The position numbers and the translations under genes are program-made. Shown here piece after piece: positions 17,702 to 25,699 of a DNA stretch of 32,000 bases (the stretch's first letter is position 1; each line of letters begins with the position of its first letter). The notes below the pieces were generated by a model. The model did no database searches, was not told where the DNA came from, and worked only from the letters and a program-made list of their open reading frames with translations. This DNA comes from Candidatus Saccharimonas sp. (GTDB lineage Bacteria; Patescibacteriota; Saccharimonadia; Saccharimonadales; Saccharimonadaceae). The stretch is taken from the NCBI GenBank assembly GCA_015256915.3, contig CP076101.2, forward strand, positions 210,001-242,000, written 5' to 3'.

Positions 17702-18670
17702 TTATTGGGCTCCAAAAGGAGGTTGAGAATTGTTATTTAAGGGGTTTTCGCCTGTTCCACCTCTTAGAATATCATTAATTTGAAAAGATAATATTTCCTC
17801 ATCACTTCGACTATTTTCGATTGGTTGAACTACTCGTTCGCCAGAAACAGTTGGTGTGGCTGGCTGATTATTTTGAGCGGCTGCTTGAGGCTGATTCACA
17901 AAATCACTAATTGGATGAGCTGGAGCTTCAATTGTAGGCGATTCTGGTGTTCTAAAATTTTGAACTGGCGCTACTTTAACATGGGGCTGTTCAAACTGCA
18001 CAGATTGAGGGGTTGATTGAGTTGGCTGGTTTGCAGAAAAAGATATCGTTTGTTCTCTTTCAAATTGAGCTAAACTTGGTGCTGCGGCACGTTCTGGAGA
18101 TTGAATAGGCTGAATTGGTCGAACTGGTGCTGGCGCTGGTTTTTCGAAATTTTGAATTGGCGCTTGGGCTGCCTGAGTTTGTGCGGTAGAGTATAATTCG
18201 GATGGTGCTTTAATTTCTTGCGATTGAATTGCAGGAGTTTCTTCGGTGGACATAGATATTGGCGCTTGTTTTTGTGCAGTTCGCTGTTCTACTGTTAAAT
18301 CGCCATCTTCAAGAACCTCGTGAACTGTTCGCACAACATCTTCGATTCCCACTTGAGATTTCACTAGATAGCGGTCAGCGCCAAGTGCTTCACCGCGACG
18401 GCGCTGCTCTTCACTTGAGAGAGCTGTCATCATAATAACTTTAATACCGCGCGTTTCAGTTGTTGAGCGCAAAATATCAAGCATGTCAAAGCCGGAAATC
18501 TTTGGCATCATTACATCACTTACAATTAGGTTTGGTCGTTCTTTAATCGCCATTGCGAGCGCTTCTTCTCCATCACCAGCCGAAACAATATCGTATCCTT
18601 CCGCCAATAACCGAACGCCATAAATCTCGCGCAAACTTTTATCATCTTCTACTAATAAAATCTTTGTCAT
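17702..18670 (-). CDS. Receiver-only response regulator with a P/Q/A-rich tail of roughly 200 aa
   Basis: Receiver domain in about aa 1-120 (KILLVEDD, LIVSDVMMP, MMTALS, KS). No DNA-binding or enzymatic output domain, and the rest is low-complexity. Confidence 0.85.
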   Translation of the reverse strand: MTKILLVEDDKSLREIYGVRLLAEGYDIVSAGDGEEALAMAIKERPNLIVSDVMMPKISGFDMLDILRSTTETRGIKVIMMTALSSEEQRRRGEALGADRYLVKSQVGIEDVVRTVHEVLEDGDLTVEQRTAQKQAPISMSTEETPAIQSQEIKAPSELYSTAQTQAAQAPIQNFEKPAPAPVRPIQPIQSPERAAAPSLAQFEREQTISFSANQPTQSTPQSVQFEQPHVKVAPVQNFRTPESPTIEAPAHPISDFVNQPQAAAQNNQPATPTVSGERVVQPIENSRSDEEILSFQINDILRGGTGENPLNNNSQPPFGAQ

Positions 18671-18720
18671 ATTGCTCCTATTATACTATTATTTTTCGAA
18701 AAAATCTATACTATTTATGC

Positions 18721-20625
18721 TTAATTTTTCCGATGATTCATCATTTTTTGAGCGTATTCAATTTTCATTCTTTCGATATCATTTAGAGTTGGCTGATTTG
18801 ATAGATACTGGGTCGGCTGAGGCGCTATATTCTGCGTAGTTTCCATTATCTGGGGCGGTTGAAATTGTTGATTTTTTGTATATATTGAACTTTGAGGCGA
18901 GTAATTATTTTGAACAGCTTGTGTATTTTGTTGTAAATTTTCATCCGCTATTTGAGCATCATAATTTTGTACTGTTTGAAGATTTGGTGCAGAATTTTGG
19001 CCATTCTGATTTTGTGCTCCCGCTAGAGGGCTAAAACCTTGAATTGCACCATATTTAGAAAAGTCTTGCTGTGCTTGAATTACCTTTTGTGCCGGTTGGT
19101 TTTGTTCAGTATTTACGATATTTGGTTGCGGAATTGGAGCTATATTTTGCGCAGAATTATCATAAATTTGTTGTTCTTGTTGTTGAGTTGATTCAGTAGT
19201 ATTTTGTGTATACGGAGCTTGTTGAGCTTGCGAATTCTCTGGTTGCGTATTTTGCGAAATAGTTTCAGGAATGCTAATTGAAGTTTCTGGCTGAATTTCT
19301 TGGGTAATTTCGAAAACTTCTTCGCTTGGATTTTCTATTTTAGGATCTTCAAGAATTGCTGTAATGTCGCGGTCGGCTTCGTCAATTTCACGTTGATTAT
19401 TTTTTTGTTCAATTTTTTGGTGTTCCTCAGCTTTTTTAGTGTCTTCAATAGCTTTTAATTTTTCGGCGTTTTCGCGCGTAATTCTTGGCAATTTTACAGT
19501 GAAAGTGCTACCTTTTTTATATTCGCTTTCAACATCCAAGAATCCGCCAATCGACTCGGTAAGTTTGCGCGACAAAAATAGCCCGAGCCCTGTACCATTA
19601 ATTTCTCGCGTTTCAGAATTATCTACACGATAAAATTTTTGAAACAAATGCGGAATATCTTCGGCCGGAATCCCAATTCCACTATCTTTAACAGAAATTT
19701 GAACATTGTTATTGTCACCCGTAACATTCACAGAAACCATTCCGCTCGGCGTATATTTTATGGCATTTTCGAAAAGGTTATTCAAAATTTCATGTAAGTG
19801 ATCGCGGTCGGCATGAATAAAAAATACTGGCGTTAGAGTTTTTTCGCCTGTTTTGTGGTCATCTGGTTCAAAAATATAATTCAAACCCTTTGCTTCAGCT
19901 TTTGGTTTTAGCCCTTCCCAAATGTTTCGTGAAAATTCAATTGCATCTAAAACAACAGGTTCATTTTTGAGCCGTCCGTCTTCTGCTTTTGTAATATCGA
20001 GTAAATCTTGAAAAAGTTGGCCTAAGTGCTTGGTGTTTTCGTGGGCTTTTTGAAGGTAAGATTTTGCGCGTGCGTCAATTGTTGCAGTAGCTGGGTTGAG
20101 GGCTAAGCCAATATATCCCTCGATGCTTGCAACTGGTGTTCTCATTTCGTGGCTCGCAGTTGATATAAACTCTGCTTGTTCACGGTTGTCTTTTAACTCT
20201 TTCGAAATATCCCTAAAAACTACAACTACGCCAGAATTTTGACTATCAATCGAGTTTACGGCCAAGAAAATCGGAACAATTTTCCCGCTTTGAGTTTTAA
20301 TAAATAAATCTCGTGTTGTGAAATTTTCACCAGTTCGTAAAACACGATTCACCGGGTTGGAAATTTCAATCATTTCGCCACCCTCATTATTCGTAATTTT
20401 TAAAACTGAATTAAAAACCAATCCAGCCGCATCACTACCATTCCAGCCCGTAATCTGCTCTGCTGCTGGGTTGATTGCTAAGATATTCCCTTTTGAATTA
20501 ACTGCCAAAACTCCATCATCAACGGCATCTAAAATTGCTTTCCCATCGCCTAAAAAGTTTCTCGAAGTATTTTTCGAATTTTTATTTTCTGAGTTTTCGC
20601 TAAAAATATTTTTTAAGTTAAACAT
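18721..20625 (-). CDS. Cytoplasmic PAS-domain histidine kinase with a Q/N/P-rich tail of roughly 250 aa
   Basis: ATG 20625 is 6 nt after AAGGAAG. No TM segment. PAS domain (ILDAVDDGVLAVNSKGNILAINPAAEQITGW), H-box STASHEMRTPVASI, N-box LNNLFENAIKYT, G-boxes DSGIGIP and GTGLGL. The tail occupies about 18721-19480. Confidence 0.87.
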   Translation of the reverse strand: MFNLKNIFSENSENKNSKNTSRNFLGDGKAILDAVDDGVLAVNSKGNILAINPAAEQITGWNGSDAAGLVFNSVLKITNNEGGEMIEISNPVNRVLRTGENFTTRDLFIKTQSGKIVPIFLAVNSIDSQNSGVVVVFRDISKELKDNREQAEFISTASHEMRTPVASIEGYIGLALNPATATIDARAKSYLQKAHENTKHLGQLFQDLLDITKAEDGRLKNEPVVLDAIEFSRNIWEGLKPKAEAKGLNYIFEPDDHKTGEKTLTPVFFIHADRDHLHEILNNLFENAIKYTPSGMVSVNVTGDNNNVQISVKDSGIGIPAEDIPHLFQKFYRVDNSETREINGTGLGLFLSRKLTESIGGFLDVESEYKKGSTFTVKLPRITRENAEKLKAIEDTKKAEEHQKIEQKNNQREIDEADRDITAILEDPKIENPSEEVFEITQEIQPETSISIPETISQNTQPENSQAQQAPYTQNTTESTQQQEQQIYDNSAQNIAPIPQPNIVNTEQNQPAQKVIQAQQDFSKYGAIQGFSPLAGAQNQNGQNSAPNLQTVQNYDAQIADENLQQNTQAVQNNYSPQSSIYTKNQQFQPPQIMETTQNIAPQPTQYLSNQPTLNDIERMKIEYAQKMMNHRKN

Positions 20626-20647
20626 TGCCCACTTCCTTGATGTAAAT

Positions 20648-20676
20648 ATTTTACCATAATCAGTTTTGAAAAGCAA
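20648..20676 (-). promoter_or_regulatory. Promoter of the kinase/response regulator operon
   Basis: On the - strand: TTGCTT (20671-20676), 17-nt spacer, TGGTAAAAT (20648-20656), then a 22-nt leader with an SD. Confidence 0.6.
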
Positions 20677-20677
20677 G

Positions 20678-20700
20678 AAAAAAGCGAGCATTTAGCTCAC
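20678..20700 (-). terminator. Intrinsic terminator after the GNAT gene
   Basis: On the - strand: GTGAGC, loop, GCTCGC (one G-U pair), followed by UUUUUU. Confidence 0.6.
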
Positions 20701-20706
20701 TCTGTT

Positions 20707-21549
20707 TTAGAATAATTTTGCAACTACTACATCACAACAGTGCAAGTTATTTTTTAAATTATCGTGGTAAAAATCGATAATTTTACGATGTGTTTCGATA
20801 TCTTGTTTAGCATTTAAGTCTTTGCTATATGAAAGCCTGTAAATCTTAGTCTTATTTTCATAGATTAATTTTTCGAAACGAATCCACCGTTCGAATTTTG
20901 CGTAATCAAGCTCATCGCGAATCTGGATTAATTCTTCTGAACTTTCCATTTCAGCTCTCTCCTCTAGAGCTTTTTTTCGAAGCTCCAGATCCATTAGATG
21001 CATTGCTTTTTCATCTCGGCAAATCGTTCTGCAAAGATTAAATGCATAAGCCGGAACGATTTCTGCAGCATTCAAAATTTTCCCATCTTTTTCAATTTCA
21101 CCGCTATAGCCGTTCACCGCAAATGAACGCGGAGATTTCGAGTTCAAAAAAGCGTATGCACCGTGAATATCGTCTTGCGCTTTTGCCCATTCATCAATTT
21201 GCTGAACCAAAAAGCTCGCTGCTCCTTGTCGCTGATATCCTTCAATGGTAAACATTGAGCCAATTTCACCCAATCTTTGACCAAAAGAATTGATTTGCGG
21301 TTGCATCATTGAAGCGGAAGCAATTACTTCGCCCGTTTCTTCGTCAAAAAGCAATGCAACACAGGATTTCTCCATAATGTCATCTGGCGACATATTCAAG
21401 ACCGTATCATCTTGATAAGTTAGATTTGAAAGCCAAACCGAAATCTCACCTTGCTGATCCATCCCGAGCTCATGCAGAAAACAAAATGACCATTCGTCAT
21501 TTTCGATTTTATTCATAACATTTAAGATGCCTCTATCCTTAATTTCCAT
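20707..21549 (-). CDS. GNAT-family acetyltransferase domain fused to an unknown C-terminal region of roughly 115 aa
   Basis: ATG 21549 is 8 nt after GGAGG. Acetyl-CoA motif-A-like segment FTIEGYQRQGAASFLVQQIDEWAK. The C-terminal part is charged and helical, with CxxxC and CC pairs (CRTICRDE, HCCD). Confidence 0.6.
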   Translation of the reverse strand: MEIKDRGILNVMNKIENDEWSFCFLHELGMDQQGEISVWLSNLTYQDDTVLNMSPDDIMEKSCVALLFDEETGEVIASASMMQPQINSFGQRLGEIGSMFTIEGYQRQGAASFLVQQIDEWAKAQDDIHGAYAFLNSKSPRSFAVNGYSGEIEKDGKILNAAEIVPAYAFNLCRTICRDEKAMHLMDLELRKKALEERAEMESSEELIQIRDELDYAKFERWIRFEKLIYENKTKIYRLSYSKDLNAKQDIETHRKIIDFYHDNLKNNLHCCDVVVAKLF

Positions 21550-21600
21550 TTCTTCCACCTCCAAAGCGTTTTTTCTTTCGAAAATTCGATAGATTTTATA

Positions 21601-21628
21601 ATTATATCATAAAATCAATAAAAAGCAA
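21601..21628 (-). promoter_or_regulatory. Promoter of the GNAT gene
   Basis: On the - strand: TTGCTT (21623-21628), 16-nt spacer, TGATATAAT (21601-21609). Confidence 0.55.
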
Positions 21629-21645
21629 TAATCTAAAAAAATATT

Positions 21646-21677
21646 AAAATAAAAACCGCCCTTCTTTAAGAAAAGCG
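21646..21677 (-). terminator. Strand-specific intrinsic terminator after the 41-aa ORF
   Basis: On the - strand: CGCUUUUC, loop, GAAGGGCG (two G-U pairs), followed by a U-run. On the + strand the same positions give C:A mismatches, so it folds only in the - sense. Confidence 0.6.
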
Positions 21678-21697
21678 ATTTTTTAAAATTTTTAAAA

Positions 21698-21823
21698 TTA
21701 TTTTGCGGCCAAAGCAGCTGCGATTCGTTCACGGCGTTTTGCTTCGCGGCGTTTTTCAATTTTTAGTTTTGCACGCAAAGCTCGTTTGCGGTCTGCTCCA
21801 TGCCAACTTTTATGTTTAGCCAT
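21698..21823 (-). CDS. Small, highly basic protein (41 aa: MAKHKSWHGADRKRALRAKLKIEKRREAKRRERIAAALAAK), absent from the ORF track
   Basis: ATG 21823 follows GAAAGGAAAG. It has its own near-consensus promoter (21862-21890) and terminator (21646-21677). The composition resembles a ribosomal or nucleic-acid-binding protein. Confidence 0.6.
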   Translation of the reverse strand: MAKHKSWHGADRKRALRAKLKIEKRREAKRRERIAAALAAK

Positions 21824-21861
21824 TTCTTTCCTTTCGTTAAAAAATAAAACAATTCTGAACA

Positions 21862-21890
21862 ATTATAGCACACTTTTTTAAGAATTTCAA
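21862..21890 (-). promoter_or_regulatory. Promoter of the 41-aa ORF
   Basis: On the - strand: TTGAAA (21885-21890), 17-nt spacer, TGCTATAAT (21862-21870). Confidence 0.65.
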
Positions 21891-21891
21891 A

Positions 21892-22566
21892 CTATCTGCC
21901 ATAAACCAATCGTGAGACATTCTGGTAATAAACTTGCACTGCATGGTGAAAATTTTGAAGTTCTGTTCCTTTTAAATCAAAATAGTGTGGCCCAGCTTCA
22001 ATTTTAATCACTTGGTCTTTTCGAAGCTCATATCTGGTTGTATTTTGGTGAACTTTTCGCTTGCCGTCAATCCATTCTTCATGATAAATCCAAGAATTGT
22101 GGTCAAGCACGAAAAATTCTCGCCGAATACCGTTCGTTGTTGGCCCAAAAATTTGTGCGCCAACTTTGCTTTCAAGATTGATTAATGCTCGCGAAATATC
22201 TTGCGGATTTTTCTTGAATTTTGCAAAAAGATATTTATAATAGAGTTGATTGCTCTCGTGTTTTTTTGAATTTTTCAAAAAAGATTTTCTAGTATATTTT
22301 AAGTGCGAAAGACGAATTTCTTCTTCGGCGATATTTCGAAATTGCAAAATTTGAGCGCTCTTCGCAAGCATTTCACCAAAAATATCAATTTGATTATTTT
22401 TCAATATTGGCTGGAATGCGGGCTTTTTAACCTGTTGAATAGGTTTTAAGGGCATTTGTTTTGGCGTGTCGTAAGCAATCTGGGTTTTTGGTTTTTTGAA
22501 ATCTGGCTCTTTTTGAGCTCCTGAAAAATATGGAATTTGATATAAACTTTTGTCAGAATTGTTCAT
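21892..22566 (-). CDS. Hypothetical protein (224 aa)
   Basis: Long ORF with its own promoter and an AAGG RBS. The N-terminal third is K/P/Q-rich and the C-terminal part looks globular. I recognise no family. Confidence 0.6.
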   Translation of the reverse strand: MNNSDKSLYQIPYFSGAQKEPDFKKPKTQIAYDTPKQMPLKPIQQVKKPAFQPILKNNQIDIFGEMLAKSAQILQFRNIAEEEIRLSHLKYTRKSFLKNSKKHESNQLYYKYLFAKFKKNPQDISRALINLESKVGAQIFGPTTNGIRREFFVLDHNSWIYHEEWIDGKRKVHQNTTRYELRKDQVIKIEAGPHYFDLKGTELQNFHHAVQVYYQNVSRLVYGR

Positions 22567-22589
22567 TTTTAAACCTTAAATATGATTAA

Positions 22590-22618
22590 ATTGTATCATA
22601 TTTTAATATTTTTGTCAA
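22590..22618 (-). promoter_or_regulatory. Near-consensus promoter of the 224-aa gene
   Basis: On the - strand: TTGACA (22613-22618), 17-nt spacer, TGATACAAT (22590-22598), then a 23-nt leader. Confidence 0.65.
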
Positions 22619-22629
22619 TATTTGGTAAA

Positions 22630-23412
22630 TTAAATTTTAAATAGTTTTTCGCAATTTTCGGTTGTGATTTTAGCAACTTCTTCGGCTGAAATTTGCCGTT
22701 TTTCTGCTAAATCTTCAATAATTAACTTTGAGAAAGCTGGTTGGTTTGGCTTTCCGCGCTTGCCTTTTGGTGCTAAAAATGGTGAATCTGTTTCGATTAA
22801 TATTCTTGAAAGTGGAATACTTGCAAACACTTCAAGATCTTCGGGCTTTTTTGTAAAAGTTGAAATTCCATTTACGCCAATAAATAAATCGCGCTTTAAA
22901 GCTTTGCTTAAATTATCTTTCGAATCTGTAAAAGAATGCAAAACTCCACGAATTTTACCGAATTTTGAAATTTCATCAAAAATTGGCCAAAAATCTTCGA
23001 AAGCATTTCGAACATGAAAACTTACGGGCAGATTTAGCTTTTGAGCAAGCTTGAGCTGAGCTTTTAGAATTTGTTTCTGTGCCTCACGGTTGAAATTTTC
23101 ATAAAAATAATCAAGACCAATTTCACCAATGGCCACCACTTTTGGAGCTTTCGAAAGCTGCTCAAGTTCATGAACTAACTCTTCTGGGCTATATTTTTCG
23201 GCTTCATGTGGATGAACGCCAATCGCTGCAAAAAGTTCAATTTTGCTAGAATTTTCTTCAGCAAATTTAACGCCAATTTTAGAATTTTCAAGATTTTCGC
23301 CAATACAAATTGCTTTTGAGATTTTAGAATTTTGCATATTCTCAAAAACTTCTTCTTGCGGAATTGGAAAATTTACATCGTGAATGTGGCAATGTGAATC
23401 AATAATTTTCAT
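22630..23412 (-). CDS. tatD: TatD-family metal-dependent hydrolase/DNase
   Basis: MKIIDSHCHIHD, GEIGLDY, SFHVR, HSF and ETDSPFL motifs. RBS AAAGGA lies before ATG 23412. Confidence 0.9.
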   Translation of the reverse strand: MKIIDSHCHIHDVNFPIPQEEVFENMQNSKISKAICIGENLENSKIGVKFAEENSSKIELFAAIGVHPHEAEKYSPEELVHELEQLSKAPKVVAIGEIGLDYFYENFNREAQKQILKAQLKLAQKLNLPVSFHVRNAFEDFWPIFDEISKFGKIRGVLHSFTDSKDNLSKALKRDLFIGVNGISTFTKKPEDLEVFASIPLSRILIETDSPFLAPKGKRGKPNQPAFSKLIIEDLAEKRQISAEEVAKITTENCEKLFKI

Positions 23413-23460
23413 TTTATCCTTTCGAAAGTTGAAACCTCAGCATTAAAGCCGAGGTTCTGG

Positions 23461-24981
23461 TTATTTTTTAGCTTGATTATTTTGTGCGGCTGCGATTTTT
23501 GCGGCACGCGGATCTTCAGTTTTAAGATAAATTTTTGGGAAAAGTAAGCCGATTTCTTCGTCGCGAATTACGCCACTACTAAAAATCGTTTGAAGCTTTT
23601 CGGCCGTATCTGGCATAAACGGTTCAAGCATTTTGCTGATTTGTAATAAACCTGACACAGAGTGCGCAAGAACTTCTGCTAGATGATTTTCTTCATCTTT
23701 ATTTTCTTTTGCTTTCTTGGCAATTTCCCAAGGTTTTACACCTTCAATATATTGATTATGGGCGCGAACCAATCCCCAAATTTCATCAATCGCTTTATTG
23801 AATTCTAGAGATTTCATATACTCGTTGTAAGTATGGCGATCGTGCTCATCGCTAGGAATTTCACCAACCACGCCAGATTGATAACGCTTAACCATATTAG
23901 CTACGCGTGAAGCCAAATTGCCGAGGTCGTTACCAAGTTCGTTGTTGTAGGCATTTTCGAACTTCTCCCAGGTAAAATCTCCATCATCTTGAGTTGCAAC
24001 GTGCCGTGAGAAATAATACCTAAAAGCATCTAGTCCGTAATTATTGATAATTTCGTTCGGATCAACCACATTGCCGATCGATTTACTCATTTTCACACCG
24101 TTGCTTGAAATGTGGCCATGAACAAGCAGAGTTTTTGGTAAAGCTAAATCAAGCCCAAGTAGCATTGCTGGCCAGATTCCCGCATGAAAACGTAAAATAT
24201 CTTTTCCAATAACTTGAACATTTGCTGGCCAAAATTCTTGCCAACCTGCAACATCTGGGTATCCGATCACGGTTAAATAGTTTGCAAGTGCATCAATCCA
24301 AACATACATTACTTGTTCCGGATCGCCAGGAACAGGTACACCCCAAGTTAAATTCTTTTTTGGTCGTGAAATTGAAACATCTTCAAGCCCGCCTTTCAAG
24401 AAGTTTAAAAATTCTTTCTTGCGATATTCTGGCACGATTTTCATTCGGTCAGTTTCAATGGCTTCAATGATTTTTGGTGTAAATTCTGAAATTCGCAAGT
24501 AATAATTCTCTTCTGAAAGCCTTTCGAAAGGTTTTTGATGGTTTGGGCAAACGCCATGAAATTCAGTTACTTCTTTTTCAGTGTAAAAACTCTCACAACC
24601 TGTACAATACCATCCTTCGTAAGTATTTTTATAAATATATGGCTGAAGTTTCATCCAAATATATTGTGATGCTCCGACATGGTGTAAATCTGTTGTTCGA
24701 ACAAAATCGGTGTAAGTTGTTTTCATTTTGTCCATCAAATTTTTGAAATTCTGAACAGTTCCGTCAACATATTCTTGTGGAGTTAAACCATTTTCGGCGG
24801 CTTTTTCAGCAATTTTATTACCGTGCTCATCTGTTCCAACCTGAAAACGTACTTCATTTCCTTGCTGGCGCTGGTATCTCGCCCAAATATCGGCAATTAA
24901 GTAATCAAGAGCGTTTCCAATATGAGGCGCTCCATTTGCATAAGGAATTGCAGTTGTTATATAAAGTTTTTTCTTCGTCAT
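23461..24981 (-). CDS. metG: Methionyl-tRNA synthetase
   Basis: HIGH-type motif (PYANGAPHIGNA) and KMSKS. Start placed at ATG 24981 (MTKKKLYITT), because the promoter lies within the longer ORF-track version. Confidence 0.92.
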   Translation of the reverse strand: MTKKKLYITTAIPYANGAPHIGNALDYLIADIWARYQRQQGNEVRFQVGTDEHGNKIAEKAAENGLTPQEYVDGTVQNFKNLMDKMKTTYTDFVRTTDLHHVGASQYIWMKLQPYIYKNTYEGWYCTGCESFYTEKEVTEFHGVCPNHQKPFERLSEENYYLRISEFTPKIIEAIETDRMKIVPEYRKKEFLNFLKGGLEDVSISRPKKNLTWGVPVPGDPEQVMYVWIDALANYLTVIGYPDVAGWQEFWPANVQVIGKDILRFHAGIWPAMLLGLDLALPKTLLVHGHISSNGVKMSKSIGNVVDPNEIINNYGLDAFRYYFSRHVATQDDGDFTWEKFENAYNNELGNDLGNLASRVANMVKRYQSGVVGEIPSDEHDRHTYNEYMKSLEFNKAIDEIWGLVRAHNQYIEGVKPWEIAKKAKENKDEENHLAEVLAHSVSGLLQISKMLEPFMPDTAEKLQTIFSSGVIRDEEIGLLFPKIYLKTEDPRAAKIAAAQNNQAKK

Positions 24982-24991
24982 ACTGCTTATA

Positions 24992-25020
24992 ATTATATCA
25001 TAAAATTCAAATAAAAACAA
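24992..25020 (-). promoter_or_regulatory. Promoter of metG-tatD, start codon 10 nt after the -10
   Basis: On the - strand: TTGTTT (25015-25020), 17-nt spacer, TGATATAAT (24992-25000), then 10 nt to ATG 24981. Confidence 0.5.
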
Positions 25021-25033
25021 AAGCCCAAGAGTT

Positions 25034-25658
25034 TTAGGCTTCCTGACAATAAGCTCCGCCGGATTCTAGTAAATATACAACTGCGGCCGCTCCTTTTTTT
25101 ATGTTTCTCAGTACAACTGATCTATTTGATGCTAGTTCTATATTATCACACCCCATACCAACTACTACTGCAATTCTTTCGTGATCCCTAAAACTAGGAC
25201 TATCTATTCTAAAGAGTGTAACATTATTGTTGACTGATGTTGTGACAATTTTAGTATTTAAACTTAAGCTCGAAGAACTATCGTTTTTATTTTTACCACT
25301 CTTAAGATCAAAACTAATATAGCTATTTAAAGGGCTATTCTCTATTGGTTCAATACTGTTATTTACTCCGTATTTTTTCTGTTCTTCATTTAGATCTGCT
25401 AGCGGTGTTAATACACTATTCCCCATACTTGCATATCCTCGCCCTTTATTATTAGCTTTCCAATTGTGCAGGGCTGTCACGACCATTGCGACATCTTGCT
25501 TTCGCTGCACGTCTCTCTGTGATCGTTGAAGTGCTGGTAAAGCCAAAAATACCATTAAAAATATTAGACCAGCTATAGCCAATACTAAAACAACTTCAAT
25601 GATTGTAAATCCCTTTTTTGGTTAAGTTTTGATTTTTGTTGAGTTTGATTGCTTTCAT
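25034..25658 (-). pseudogene. Type IV pilin (PilA-like) whose leader and mature parts are in different frames at an A6 run
   Basis: ATG 25658 opens MKAIKLNKNQNLTKK, then reaches a stop after the A6 run (T6 at 25614-25619 on the + strand). Removing one A gives MKAIKLNKNQNLTKK-G/FTIIEVVLVLAIAGL, a canonical prepilin. The C-terminus has a Cys pair (GMGC...YC). Confidence 0.7.
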
Positions 25659-25664
25659 AACTCA

Positions 25665-25692
25665 ATTATATTACTAATATTGTAAAAAGCAG
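25665..25692 (-). promoter_or_regulatory. Possible promoter of the frameshifted pilin, start codon 6 nt after the -10
   Basis: On the - strand: CTGCTT (25687-25692), 16-nt spacer, TATAAT (25665-25670), then 6 nt to ATG 25658. Confidence 0.35.
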
Positions 25693-25699
25693 TAGCGCT

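Noticed and set aside
17702-19480. Tandem DNA repeats or a CRISPR-like array within the Q/P-rich tail coding regions.
   Set aside because: Only degenerate amino-acid-level motif recurrence is present (for example 17945-17970 versus 18140-18165). There are no regularly spaced identical nucleotide repeats.
25600-25630. Programmed ribosomal frameshifting or transcriptional slippage at the pilin A6 run.
   Set aside because: The required shift is +1 rather than the classic -1 on A-AAA-AAG. There is no downstream stimulatory structure or in-frame rare or stop codon at the site, and A6 is short for efficient polymerase slippage. Phase variation, a pseudogene or a sequencing error are more economical explanations.
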